Assembly (NCBI RefSeq): GCF_001194135.2
Contig: NC_068984.1
Span: 76,014,620 to 76,078,619, forward strand
Reading direction: 5' to 3'
DNA: 64,000 nucleotides
Origin: Octopus bimaculoides
Taxonomy: Eukaryota
In this document: positions 51,073 to 63,794 of the stretch, piece after piece
Position numbering within the stretch: position 1 is the stretch's first letter
Layout of the letters: each line of letters opens with the position of its first letter
Made by a program: the position numbers and the translations under genes
Notes under the pieces: generated by a model
What the model was told of the DNA's origin: nothing
What the model saw: only the letters and a program-made list of their open reading frames with translations
The model's database searches: none

Positions 51073-53479
51073 GCTTAATATATGTATGCATGCACAGTAT
51101 GTACACATCTGTAGATTGCTCTGAAAATGATGTTGAATATATTCCAAATCATCAGCTGCATAGTATGAGTATTGAATTGAGACTGAATTTTTAAGGTTAC
51201 CAAGCTATAATGTTAATAATTAGTTGTCAAAGTAACACCAATACACAATTTAGCCCACCCTATGTGAATTACAACACATTATCTATGTAGTTATATGCTG
51301 TCTCACGGTAGCACAGCAACAGGTTAGTGAATTCTAATGAGAGTTGTGAACAAAATTGTGCAGACAATTCAATACCCATGCTAGGCTGTACTACAGAGAC
51401 CTTGGGTATATATTCTCTGGGTTGTTATTTAGATCCAGGTCCTGACCAATGAACAAAGTAATCCAGTCTTGTGCATCTGATCTGCTATTCCATACTGGAT
51501 AATCCAATGTGTCCTTATGTCAGTGTTATTTGAGAGAGATTTTGCTGCTATTTTTAACAGTTTGAGTTACCATGTACATAGAAATTCCCTTGGTGGTTTA
51601 TATTCCCAGAGTTCTACTCCATTGAGACTACAGTATATTTCAAAAACATTATACTTTGATATATAATAATTTTTTTTAATGTTCATGCTATGTTGATGCA
51701 TTAGCAATTTTTGCTTCTTCTTTTAATATCTATGTCATTTTGTAAAAAGCAACTACTTTTTTCTGAAAAATTCTTGCATTACCATTGACAATTCTACTTA
51801 GGAAGGTAATAAATTTTTTTAAAAACTTTTTTTTTTTTTTTTTGCCTAAAAGCATAACACCATGGATTGACACAAGACAGAAAAAAAAATTTTAAGTGTG
51901 ATATCCATGCCTTTTCCCCAATGGGATTAGCAGTGTAAGTGAAGTAAATGAAAAAAAAAAAACAATTTACAACACCACATGTATGTATATATAGGAGCTG
52001 TTAAATATTAGTTAAGAGCAGATGTTTACAATAATGTTAAAGCAGTGGAGAACAGCTTTAAGCCATATTCACGTCTGACACAAATGACAAATGTCCCTCA
52101 CAAGTGAACTGATATTTTTAACTGTGTGATGATGATGAATGTATTGTAGTTTACACAGAAGCAATGAATGTGGAAATAACATGCCAGACATAATATGCTG
52201 AAGTTCTTTTTGTTTTTTTTAAGGGTGCATCTGATTGCAATCTCAAATGGTTTGTCAAGACACTTGGATCATTCAGAGCACCAAGACAAAGAAGAAAAAA
52301 GCAAAACAAGTAATAAATAAATATATAATTTTAACACAGGTAATACGCTATCAAAATTCAAAAACAGTCCAAACATGATCAACAGCTGACTCTAAAACAT
52401 CATTCTGCAAAATTTTTTTCAACTACTTTGTCACAAAGTTTAAAATTCTTGTCCTGTTTCTTTTCACCACTGTCAACTTAGACGGACCTAGCTGAATAAA
52501 TGCTCAGTTGTAAGTGGGAAAGACAACTTCCAATGTTTTAGGCTTTGTGAATGTTGAATATTACTACTACTGCTGCTACCACTACCACAAAGAGCAATGA
52601 ACATTTCTTTCCCACATTTTTGAAGAAGAGTACAGTTGATAAAATCAATTTCAGTATTCAATGTTACTAGTAATTTATAGACTTCCGAAGAAAATGAAAA
52701 CAAAAGCTGACCAATAGCATTTGAACTTATAATGTTTGTTTATAACTATCTCTGTCACCTTTGAAATATTAATGACAGGTAATAGATTAGTAGTTCACAT
52801 CCATAACACCTTTATCTTGGCCATCTCTTTCCCTTTCCAATGCCCTTCATTATGATTTCCTATTAAGCCATGATCTCTCTCTCCAATATTACATATATAA
52901 CATTGTCAAATCTGTAATCTATAAGAGTTCCTTTCCTTATCAGCAAGCAAATGTTTTAGCTCTGATTTATTGGCAACCCTCTATAACCCTTTTGTTACCA
53001 TAATTCTGTTAAAATGCACTGCCTTTGTTTCAAATAATTTAGAAAATAAGACTCTAGTGCAACCCACATTTGGGTACTGTTCTTGTATTTGAGGCACTGA
53101 TGCTGCAACACACCAACACACACACAAATTCCAAACTATATATATATAAAAAAAGGCCAATTAAGTTAGTAGATCTACTGTATTGGTGAGTCTTTGTCTA
53201 TTAACTTACGTTATTCCCTCTATTATTCTTCTACAATGGCTTTGAGCTATCAAGCAGTGTATGTCTTCTTCACAAGACCACACAATGCAATTATTTTATT
53301 GCTTCTCTCTTGCAGTTTCATTTTCCTCCCAACACAAATCAGTCTGCTCAATCCTTTTCTCCTCAATACTCTACTCATTTGGAATTTTCACTGCTGGTTA
53401 CTGACCATCAACTGCACCAACCCCATCGACTTGAGGTCATGAGCACAGCCCCACCTCCCTCCAACTAACCAGTAACGAA

Positions 53480-53695
53480 ACTAATGAGAGCTTTGATACT
53501 GCCATTAGACATGCTAGAAATAGCAACCCGATCATAGCCACCGTCTTGAAAAAAGGAAGGAAATATCTGATAATGTAATCCAAGACACACTACTCCTTAA
53601 AAAAAAAAGGGGTGTGTGTGAGGGGGTAATCATGGATTGAATGCTCTTGGTTATAGGTTTGCTCCATCAGGGCCCACCTAGGAGCAAAACAACTA
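53480..53695 (+). mobile_element. Fragment of a further dispersed repeat family (gctagaaatagca...ataggtttgct...aaacaac); related pieces near 3100, 10050, 18750, 18950, 39370, 44650 and 49250-49580
   Basis: Recurrent motifs ctagaaatagca(g/a)c, ggataatgtagtc and (t)tataggt(c/t)tg(c/t)t at many loci in the window. Confidence 0.65.
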
Positions 53696-53990
53696 AATAC
53701 TGCATTTTTTAATGAGGTATTCTCCTGTCCTTGCTGTTCTAATATAACAATTATGCAAAATTAGGGGTACCTTAGACAAATGTGTTACACGTGAGCTGAG
53801 AAACAATTAATTATAGGCAAGATGGTGAAAGAAATGATGTAAACTTGAGACTTAATCCCTAGCAGTAATTAAGTTTCTTCCTCTGTTGCTATAGTTTATA
53901 TTGTTCCACAGAAATTTTTGTCCATCATCTCTACAGTTTTGATACAGATAACCAGACTAGTTTATTCACTGAAGAGAAAGTATATATTAA

Positions 53991-54206
53991 ATATTGGCTT
54001 CAAATTTCGGCACAAGGCCAGCAATTTTGGGGATAGGGTAAGTCAATTACATCAACCCCAGTGCTGATCTGGTACATATTTTATTAACCCCGAAAGGATG
54101 AAAAGCAAAGCTAACTTTGGTGAAATTTAATCACAGAATGTAAGGACAAACAAAATACCACTAAGCATTTTACCCAGCTTGTTAATGCTTTTATAAACTC
54201 TCCTAC
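53991..54206 (-). mobile_element. Copy of the same SINE family
   Basis: caaatttcggcacaaggccagc...ggtacatattttattaaccccgaaaggatgaaaagcaaag...actaagcattttaccc. Confidence 0.85.
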
Positions 54207-54644
54207 ATACACTATAGCTGAAGGGAAAAGAAACGAAACCCAAAGGAATGGTCATGAATAGACTTCTGGGTGTCAAAAATCCACTCTATGAATGAAGACT
54301 AATACTATGCCAAAAATGACCAAAATATCTATGAAAACAGCAATTTACACTCAATTTACATACAAGTTCTTGCATATAAGGTCAAAAATGCCTGCACGTA
54401 AGAACTTGTAAAAACAAAGATGAAAATGAAAGAGGGGAGCATATATTAGAAAAAAAAGTGACATTTCATTAATTGTAACAAGCAAGAGCTTTTTTGTACT
54501 ATTTCTGATACAGTAGTATTGAAATAAAGGCTCCTGGTTTGGATTAGGTCAGATACTGTGTGCACATATACATGAATAAGATACCTCATGATGATCATAA
54601 ATCAAATTGATTTAAAAAAAAACAACCTAAACATTTAGAATTAA

Positions 54645-54856
54645 CCATTTAGCTTTCAGAATACTTTGTCAAATGTAATGCTTATGCACTCACATTGTTT
54701 TGAATTTATCATGTATTATCTCATAGCTTCAAGATTTTCATGTTGTGATTGTTTATTTTTTGAATGAAATTTTAGGGTAGGTGTGCAAAGCTGGATCTGG
54801 CCAGTTTAAAAGTAAAATAAGTAGAATATTTGGGCCTGATATGGCCAATTTAAATG
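54645..54856. mobile_element. piggyBac-type MITE, family A (opposite orientation)
   Basis: TTAA 54641-54644 + CCATTTAGCTTTCAGA; right end shortened to AAATG + TTAA 54857-54860. Confidence 0.75.
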
Positions 54857-54888
54857 TTAATAAAAAAAGAATAGAGAAATTTAATTAC

Positions 54889-54921
54889 CTCTGGTTTTCA
54901 AGGTCATTGACTTTTTTCTTC
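54889..54921 (-). CDS. 33-nt coding exon candidate, (Q)KKKVNDLENQ(S/R) (phase 2-2)
   Basis: Acceptor caattttattttcattttag, donor GAG|GTAATT. Open in phase 2 (also open in phase 1 as RKKSMTLKTR). The phase-2 exit is compatible with the AEBP2 exon acceptor at 6036. Confidence 0.6.
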
Positions 54922-55455
54922 CTAAAATGAAAATAAAATTGAATATATACATCTTTTTGAAAATTCTCAAGTATTTGTGATGCATGATATTCAATATAAC
55001 GTCAACTAAATGGGATATTTGCTTTTAAATGGTCAGACTTTTGTAGAGAAATAAGTGACCGAACCACTTGTAGGTACAGGTGAGTAAATTGCCCTGAGTA
55101 AATTAATTAATGATATCTATTTTATTGATTTCAGTTGGAAAGACAAAAAGTGGTACCAGAACTGTATCTCCAATGGTATATGGAACTTCTAACAGTTCAA
55201 AGGACTTGGATATGTTAAAAGTACATTCACAGCACATCACCATTACAAATGCTATATTTCACATTTTCTGAAGAGCTTTGGAGGCAACAATACATCAATA
55301 CCAATCATGACTAATCTCAAAGACTGTTTTCTCTACAGGGTTAGAAAATAATTCAGCTAAGAAAATGTTGCTTATTGCCAAAGGCCCTGCATTATCTGAG
55401 AGGCTGAAGGCAACATATGCAAAAGCATAAGGAAAAGTAACAAAGCCAAAACAAG

Positions 55456-55486
<31 letters not shown>

Positions 55487-56350
55487 CAAAAAAAAACCAA
55501 GGGCACATCTAGCTGTTATGTGGGCTTTTACAACGGAAACCCACAATTTTTGTCTTCACATCATTTCTTTTGTGGATACTATAATAGCCTTTGCTTTTTT
55601 GGCTTTTGAGATTAATAGAAAAAAAAAAAAAAAAGAAACTGTCATTTCCACTCAAATGTACTTATCTATTCTGATATTGCAATAGTTTTGCTGTGAAGAC
55701 AGTACTTTTTCAGCTCTTTGGACTATATGGTCACACAAAACCCAACTTCCCAACTAGCAGCTGTTTAAACTGAACATAAATGGCAATGACTTCACTAACC
55801 AAGGCAACACTACAAACCCACAAGTGTTATCATTTACTCCCTGCACTTCTTTACTTCAGAACCAAACAAATTACTAGTGAAATTTTTTTAAATTTATCAA
55901 ATATTTAACAGTTTTCTGTTTGTTGTGTTCTTAATACATGCAGGAAGAACAGTAGCGGCTAAAAAAGGTCTGCCTCAATACAAAACAACATCACTGGTAA
56001 TGAAGATAGAGGAAATACATATTTCCAGAAACAATTTTTTTTTTCTTCTTCAATGTCTTTCAACTATGAATTACTGACCAGTAAGTAATGGAATAGTCTT
56101 TTTTTTTTTTTTTTTTTTTTGTAGACACAGTGAATAATTAATTGTTAATCAGCTTTCCAGTAGAAGAAAAGAAAAGCTTGAAGTGAACTAAAATACAAAC
56201 AGAAAGAAAAAAAAAAAACAAGCAATATTTTCCAAGTTTTAAGTTAGTAAATAAACTACCATGTGTGAGAGAGAGGAGAGCAAGAGAGAGAGAGTGAGAG
56301 GAGGAGAGTAGAGAGAGAGAGAGCAAGAGAGAGTATTCTTCATCGCTCAC

Positions 56351-56397
56351 TGGTTGGACAGAGCTGAAACTTCTTCTGGGTGGAACAAATTGCTAAG
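56351..56397 (-). CDS. Short coding exon candidate, LSNLFHPEEVSALSN(Q) (phase 0-2)
   Basis: Acceptor ataattccttgtag, donor CCA|GTGAGC, 47 nt; links the phase-0 exon at 59192 to the phase-2 exon at 54921. Confidence 0.55.
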
Positions 56398-56739
56398 CTA
56401 CAAGGAATTATAAATTGCTCAGCATTTTTTCTTTATTAATATATGAAAATTTTGAACACAAGTCTGTGATTATGTCAGCAATGCTTGTACTTCAGTTGAA
56501 ATTGAGGTTTTATATATGTGGTTGAAAATGGTCTTGCTAAGTCAAGACATCAACTAAAATTCACAAGATTACACTTATTCCATATCAAAAAAAACTTTTT
56601 GACAGTATTTCATTTAGCATGCATGCATAAATAATATTTCAGATGATATTTATATCATCCATTTATCATTTTAAGCCATTTTTTTACAGGATTGGACAGG
56701 CTTATTTTGGCACACTGGCTTGCCACTTGTGGCCCTTAA

Positions 56740-56875
56740 CCCTTTGAGCCCTGAACTCATGAACCTTATTTGACCATATACCTGGCTTCCTGATGCACTT
56801 CACTGATAGAGTGGTACTACGGTATAGAGAAAAATAAGCCATTCACTGGTAAATCAGTGTTACGGGCTCAAAAGG
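56740..56875. mobile_element. piggyBac-type MITE, family B (136 bp)
   Basis: TTAA 56736-56739 and 56876-56879; TIRs CCCTTTGAGCCC / GGGCTCAAAAGG (11 of 12 complementary). Confidence 0.85.
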
Positions 56876-56969
56876 TTAATCACCTGATATGCACACCCCA
56901 ATCTTTGTGGCATGTGTTTTTAAATATTGTAGGTGGAGTCCCACTACATAGCACCACTATAATGTTTCT

Positions 56970-57275
56970 TCTACAACAGCCTTGTGAATAAATTTGGTAT
57001 ATGAAAATTGAAAGAAACCTATTGTTTGTGTGTGCATGCGTGTGTGTGCTTGCATGTGTATATGTTTGTCTCTACTTATCTTGACATTGCATGATGGTTG
57101 AGAAAGAATGCCATTCATTTCCAATATTCTGCAAAATCATGTCTGGCTATGAGGAAATATTGTCTTGCTTAGAAACAGGTATGGGCATCCAGCCATGGAC
57201 AATCTGCCTCAATAACTTTCATCCAACTCACACAAGCATGTAAAAGTAGACATTAGAACAATGATGATAATGATA
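56970..57275 (+). mobile_element. Second CORE + RTE-tail SINE (5'-truncated)
   Basis: cttgtgaataaatttggtatatgaaaattgaaagaaacc...gggcatccagccatggacaatctgcctc...ccaactcacacaagcatgtaaaagtagacattag...atgatgat. Confidence 0.7.
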
Positions 57276-57580
57276 TGGATTAGCTTCTGTACATTCTTCA
57301 AGTGTTATTCCTTGAATTAAACACATGAAAAGGTAGTGTGATATATAGATTCATTATTTTAAAATTCTTTCTTCTTCAATGTACAATTTTTTCAAGGAAT
57401 TTTTTTTAATGGTTTAATCAAAAGGGGAAGCAACTGCTCTAGACCTTTCTGTAGGGACTACTGACACTAGGGCAGGGAAGAAAGTAAGTATGACTCATGT
57501 TATCCTCAGACTGGGGACATGGTCCAAATACAACGGAATAGACTCTGCCAAAAGCACTCTAGGACCAAGGAGAGATTTAA

Positions 57581-57786
57581 CCCTGTAAGCATTTAAACTG
57601 GCCAAAGCCAGTTATTCTTCGTGTTTAATGCTCATATCAGCCAGTTCTATCTTCTCACACATACCCTATAATGTCAATCTAAATGTAAACGATCACACCA
57701 TTAGTATCTCGAAATTACAAGATCAATTCAAAACAATGTGATCAAATAAGCAATACATTTGATTGAGTAATCTGAATGCAGAAGGG
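57581..57786. mobile_element. piggyBac-type MITE, family A (TTAA TSD)
   Basis: TTAA at 57577-57580 then CCCTGTAAGCATT; ends AATGCAGAAGGG then TTAA at 57787-57790. Confidence 0.8.
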
Positions 57787-58933
57787 TTAAACTGAACAAG
57801 AGGTTAGATCTACTACCTTTGAAATATAGAAAAACTATTTCAGCTGTTGCAAAAACTTCAGATTTTGTCAAGAATTTTATTTCTTTTGTTGCCAGATTTC
57901 TAATAATGTTAATGGCATATATGTTTCAATAATTGTTTAAATAATCAACAATTTGGAAGGGTTAGTAAATAATTAGTTTCATCATTATTAAATTGCTATT
58001 TGAAACATAAAACATTTCTACACGAAATTTTTGAAATCAACAAGTTTTATATCATAATGCCAGAAGCAGTCTCAGATAAGGTGGTATTGATTCATTCTGG
58101 TTTGCTGAATTTTCATCATGTGTTTATAGTGAAGCATTATAATCTAAGCTTTATTATTTTTTGATTTATCTGAAATATGCTCACAGACACAAGCATTACA
58201 CATAACTTTCTGTGGTGATCAAAGAAACTTGAATTTGAGGTGAGAGTACATTCTAAAAATGGAAATAAGGAGTAAAGGAGACAGGGAAAGAGGGAGGGCC
58301 CAAAATATTTTATGATCACTAGTGTAATTTGATGAAGTTATTTATGATCTCATGCCAAGTACTTGCTGCTAAACCATATCATCTTACATCTATAACTATT
58401 TTTGAAAACTATAATCGGTGCTTACATTAATTTTCGTGAGAGTCATAAAAGTTTTAACTTTGTAGATTATATTCCTAATCATAATATAAAATGTTAAAGT
58501 TATGGCGGAAATATCAAATACAGCAAGTCTCAATAGAATTGGCAGAGAGCTAAATAAAATATCATCTGGTATTTTGTTACATCTCCTTTCTGAGTTCACT
58601 TCTGTCATGGTCAGCTTTGCCTTTCACCCTTGCAGGGTGAGTAAAATAAAACCAATCAAACACTGAAGGTGATCAATCTAATTAACTGCCTCCCTTTCTC
58701 AAACATAGCCCATTGCCAATAATGAAAAAAACTATTAAGTTTCTTATAAAAATACAAAAAAAAAAAAACTCTTTTCATTCAAAACAGTAAATATAATTTT
58801 GGGGCAGGGCTTATACTGAAATTTATTTGTACCCAACAGAAAAATACAAGCAAACCTATATTGTTTGTGGCTTTATCCTGGTCAGCTCTAATCCAGCAGT
58901 TCCAATGACAAAAGATATTATTTGGCAAATTAT

Positions 58934-58943
58934 NNNNNNNNNN
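58934..58943. other. 10-nt assembly gap
   Basis: N run. Confidence 1.
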
Positions 58944-59191
58944 GGGAATAAATTGTGGAATATCAGTGGCAGATTTAGCTGCTATTTCTTATTGGTTGAA
59001 TGCCAAAACTCTGAAGCCAATAAAGACATTTTTATTGACTCTCCACACATGGAATCAGTGTTACACACAAAAATATTCTATAGCTGAACTGAAGAAAAGC
59101 AATGAGTAGTAGACACATCTTGCTGCCCAGTTTAACACAATTATCAGCTGATGCAAGAGAATATAGCTATCCTGAAGTAGTTTCCACTCAC

Positions 59192-59236
59192 CTGTCTCAG
59201 ATGTCCTATTAAAAATTCATGGGCACTATCATATTT
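59192..59236 (-). CDS. Short coding exon candidate, KYDSAHEFLIGHLRQ (phase 0-0)
   Basis: Acceptor cttttttcttttattttatggcttag, donor CAG|GTGAGT, 45 nt, open only in phase 0; phase-compatible with 56351-56397. Confidence 0.6.
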
Positions 59237-59407
59237 CTAAGCCATAAAATAAAAGAAAAAAGTCATCTGTTTATATACACTAACATAAAAAAGATGACAG
59301 CTAGACCCAAAATGAAGCATGTGCAAATCATAATTAAATACATATCCACGCAAATACTTTCCATCAAAAGCCTCAATGTAGATATTTCCTTAAGGTTTTA
59401 AAAAATG

Positions 59408-59438
<31 letters not shown>

Positions 59439-59604
59439 GGAAAATGAAAAAAAAAAAAAAAGATATTGAGAAAATACAACAGGTTTTCATTCTTTTAAAA
59501 TACAGTTTTATAGTAAATGCATTCATTTTATGACATGGGTTTTCTGAATTTGGCATTTGCATAATGTTAAAGTACAGGTTTTCTACAAGCAGATGCCCTC
59601 TTAC

Positions 59605-59652
59605 TGTTAAACATTCAAATGCAAATAAGGAACCCGTTGTTAAGTATGTGGA
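59605..59652 (-). CDS. Weak coding exon candidate, STYLTTGSLFAFECLT (phase 0-0)
   Basis: Acceptor actaacttgtttcag, donor ACA|GTAAGA, 48 nt open in phase 0; the acceptor resembles a SINE-tail motif, so it may be fortuitous. Confidence 0.3.
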
Positions 59653-59879
59653 CTGAAACAAGTTAGTCATTAAGCTGTACACTGAGGGCACAGTACAAAT
59701 ATTACAGCAAGATTTTTAACTGAATTCACAACTATGCAGTTAGTCAAACAATCAACCTTCGACATGGTTGAACAACCAGTCCCAACCAGTTGGGATTCAC
59801 AATATTGGTTTTACTATTCATCTTTTTGATTGCTGAATACAAAATGTGGCTTGCAAGACCTCTGTTCAGGTGATTTTTT

Positions 59880-60065
59880 TTTCTTGTGCCACCATCTCAC
59901 CCTTGCATGTCAATCCATGCTAAGGTTACCCATTTATAGCTGAGTGGACTGGAGCAGTGTGAAATGAAGTGTTTTGCTTAAGAACTCAATGCACAGCCAG
60001 TCTGGGGAAGTGAAACCACAATCTCGTGATCATGAATGCAACACTAACCACTAGGCCACACACCC
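59880..60065 (-). mobile_element. tRNA-derived SINE head with a Deu/Nin-like central domain (partial)
   Basis: A box TGGCCTAGTGG, B-box-like GGTTTCACTTCC, then ttcttaagcaaaacacttcatttcacactgctccagtccactcagctataaatggg; domain name from memory. Confidence 0.6.
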
Positions 60066-61109
60066 ATGCAGTCAGTCATACCTTAATCTATTACTACTAC
60101 TATGACATACATTTTATCTCTAAACTTGCTACCTACCAATATTATTTCATATGACTGAAGAACAGATGGTAGAGGGATGAACTATTACTATCTTTATCAT
60201 AATTGTTTTAAAGTCTACTTTTCCAAGCTTGCACAGGTCAGATGAAATTTGTTGTGATGCAACTCTTCTATGGCTTGATCTTATCGCCAACATTCACCTG
60301 TTTAGAAGCAAGGTAATACTTCTAGTCCTTCAAACAATAAACAGCACAATGGACATATTTTCACAGAAGTCTGCAAATGAAAAGTATTGCTTGTATGGTA
60401 GTGATATTTGTGTAATATCAAGACAAGGATACAAAGACACACAAAACAAGATCCTTTGACTTTCCATATTCCAAATCCACTCACAAGGCTTTACATTTTT
60501 AAGCTAAAGCTTTCTAAACGAATAACTAATGCATTAACATTCACCTACCCATGTATGTCTTCAGTCTAATTTAACTAATATACAAGGTTACTGATTTGAT
60601 TCAATGCATACCACTTCTATACACTAATCAAATCTTGGATAGCCATCATTGCTACTCAGAGTTCAAACCCAGCTCCCAGCTAAGGTAAAGTGAATCTTTC
60701 AGCCAGAAACTGAAATGGTTTATAAAGTATTAAACACTCACTGGTGATGGAATGGATCTCATCAAAATCTATGCTTTTAGTCTATCTATTGGTCTGAAAC
60801 ATCATTAGAAATTATTATCATCCCAATCATCATCATATGAGAATGAACACTAACTCACAAAAGATAATAAGCCATGATATATACAGAGCAGACAATACCA
60901 TATTATGAATTTGGCATTAATCAAAGATAAAGGAAAGAAAGAAAACCAACTACTAGTTCCACCCCACATCCTCTCTACTTATTGTCAGTTGCCATTAACA
61001 ACCAACCCAGGAAAGTTATTGTTTAGGGATAGCAAAATGCTTTTTGCAAGAGAAAACAGAGGGAGTGGGGGATAACGATGCTTGAAGTAATGAAGAAAAT
61101 GATGAGCAT

Positions 61110-61270
61110 ATGTGAGAGAGAGAGAGAGGGAGAGTGGGTGTATATGTGTGTGTGTGTGTGAGAGAGAGAGCATGCATGCGTGTGAGTGTGCGTGTGTGAG
61201 TGTGCATGTGTGAGTGTGCATGTATATGCATGAGAGAGAGAGAGAGAGATATGTGTGTGTGTGTGTGTAT
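61110..61270. repeat. Mixed (GA)/(TG)/(GTGCAT) low-complexity tract
   Basis: Direct inspection; explains ORFs 60985-61318. Confidence 0.95.
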
Positions 61271-62119
61271 GCAATTCAAGAGAGGAGATGTGTAAGAGTG
61301 CAAATATTTATGTTGCAAGTAATGTGTACATATGAGTACAGATGTATGCGTGTATAAAAGTGTGGATGCTTAGAGTGTGAATATGTACATGTGTGGAAAA
61401 GAGTAGTTTTGTGTGTGTGTGTGTGTGTGGTGGGGAGGGGGGCAATAAACTCATGAGGCAAGATTAAAAAAAAAATAAAGTGTGGGTTATTGCTGAGTGG
61501 AGAAAACCAAGGGAAGAGGAGAATGAGAGATAGAGAGAGAGACTTTTCTTGTAACCTCAAGGAAACATGATGCAGCTGCTGCATGTGGATATGTGTGGAT
61601 GGGTGGGAGGGGGTGACAAAGGACAGAGGAGAGAAACAAGAGGGAGAAGGGGCAGAGGGGGGGGGAGAAAGAGAAAAGATTTTAGGTTTATCTTAAGCAA
61701 TGCATTTGGATTATGTCAGTAAAATAAACTACATAGGTGATTACATGTTTGCAATTCTTTGTGTATGTGCATGTGTACATCATGTGTGCAAGCGCGCTTG
61801 CTCATGTATGCATTTGAAAGAGTAAAAAGAAAATGTTTTATGAAAAGGCTAACTTTTTCTCTTTTTGCATGAGCATATGTGCATTATTTTTATTTGGATG
61901 TCCTTGTATGAATGCATTTTAAAATTCTAATGCAATGTACTTGTATATCATTACAGGTAATATGTCATACACGAAAGAAGGTTTTTGTGAATCAAAACAA
62001 ATTAAGGTTGACTGTAAAACCAAACTTTAAAAAGTTTGAATAAATATATCCACACAAATGAGTTTGTAACTTAAGTTTCTTCATTCATTCATTCATTGTT
62101 ACATTAAAAACAAAACAAG

Positions 62120-62430
62120 GTAGTATTATACCAGTCTGCCTAGTTCTGGGCTAATCAATACCTTGTGAGTGAATGTGGTAGATGGAAACTGTGTGGAAGC
62201 CCATTATATAAATGTGTGCGTGTGTATACATGTTCATCTTTGCTTTTGTCCCCAACCAATGCTTGACAACTGGTGTCAGTTGTCTAATTCCCCATAACTT
62301 AACGGTTCAGCAAATGACATGAATAGAATAAGTACCAGACTTTAAAAAAAAACAGAAAAAAGCCCCAAGGTTGATTTGTTTGACTGAATCCTGGATCTTT
62401 GATAACAAATTGGTTCAGAGCTGACTGGAT
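62120..62430 (+). mobile_element. Decayed OR-like SINE (CORE to tail)
   Basis: ccttgtgagtgaatgtggtagatggaaact...gcttgacaactggtgtc...cccataacttaacggttcagcaaa...gaataagtaccagac. Confidence 0.75.
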
Positions 62431-62733
62431 GCAAGTGGGGGGGGGACACACACACACAAACATTAAAAACAAAATATTGCTGCATTAGAATAATAATTAC
62501 CTTTCATATTGGAATATGCATGTATTTGTGCCAGCTCAGTTTTCCCTTTTGTATACAACTGATTTATCTAATACTCAGCTCATTTGTTATGTCATCCATG
62601 CATTATATACAAAGTGGAGCATGCATACTTCATTTCATTCTAGATTTTGCATATTTTTCATATTAGTGCTCATGTTTTGCTATTATGCAATTATATTTGG
62701 TATGCAGCAACATACAATCTGCCCATCACTTAA

Positions 62734-62957
62734 CCATTTAATATTTAAACCAGCCATATCCAGCCAAATTACTCTAGTTGTTTTATGTACAAACCATCCA
62801 GATCTGGCCTCTTACACCAACTCAACAATGTCATTCTAAAAATAAACAGTCATATTTTCAAACTCTCAAAGTTATGAAAGAATGCATGACTAATTCAAAA
62901 TAATGTGAATAAATAAGCATTATTTATATTTGAGAGAGTAATCTGAATGCTAAAGGG
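62734..62957. mobile_element. piggyBac-type MITE, family A
   Basis: TTAA 62730-62733 + CCATTTAATATTTAAAC; ends GAATGCTAAAGGG + TTAA 62958-62961; body collinear with the 57581 copy. Confidence 0.85.
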
Positions 62958-63029
62958 TTAAAGAGAAAGTTTCTTTACTGCTAAAAGCTCTCTGAACTTT
63001 TGCCATTGAATGCTTATTTGCACCACTAG

Positions 63030-63470
63030 GCTTTTCAAACAACACCTCCATAACTCATTAGGTTACTTAGGTGACAGAGGCAATAAACAACATACAGAGA
63101 GACATCTGACCATTTGAAGAAACTCATTTTATGGGTGCTTTCACTGCTAACTACCCCTGTGCATCTATTACGTAAGAAGTCCTTTTTCTGTCAGCCTAAG
63201 TGAAATTTCACTCCCACTGCTAGTGTATTTACAGTTTACATTAGACATGCAGCAAAGAATTCACACCAACATGGTCACCTCTCCGATGGTAGTAGACTCT
63301 TATCTCCTTTCCTGTTAACACTAGTCTTTGTGAAGTTTACTTTTAAACTTCTTGAATCTGAGCACTGCTTCCCATGTTTGAAAATTTCTTCTGAGTCTTT
63401 GATATGGTTATGAGAACTAAATCAGCATACAGAAGTTTGCAACATCAATAATGAATGGTAAGAAATTTCA
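63030..63470 (-). mobile_element. Old remnant of the same RTE family as 20722-23095
   Basis: Frameshifted translation gives LLYAD-LVLI, SLKVNFTKT, DKSLLPSER*PCWC and LRLTEK, collinear with 21590-22020. Confidence 0.7.
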
Positions 63471-63794
63471 CTGTGCAGTCAAATATCTGTTGTTTCTAGT
63501 GAAATAACAGATATTTGACTTATTTTTCAATGGCTGTGAGGCTTAAAAAGGGTGCTGGACTACTGGCCTCAAGCTCATTTAACAGATTAAAATTAAAAAT
63601 CCACCCCTACTTCAAGACTGAAGTGTCTAATGGCAGGAAGAACATTCAGTTGCAAAGAACAAAATATTTTGGAATAATGAATCTAAACAAAAAAATTTCC
63701 CTAAATATCAAAAATATACTTTCACCCATTACTCATATGATCCATCCACTATTCTTGGGAATCCTAGGGCACCTCCTCTCCAAAACAATGTCAT

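Noticed and set aside
53210-53400. Perfect GTAAGT donor at 53204-53209
   Set aside because: The upstream sequence looks like a decayed LINE C-terminal remnant with stops and no acceptor.
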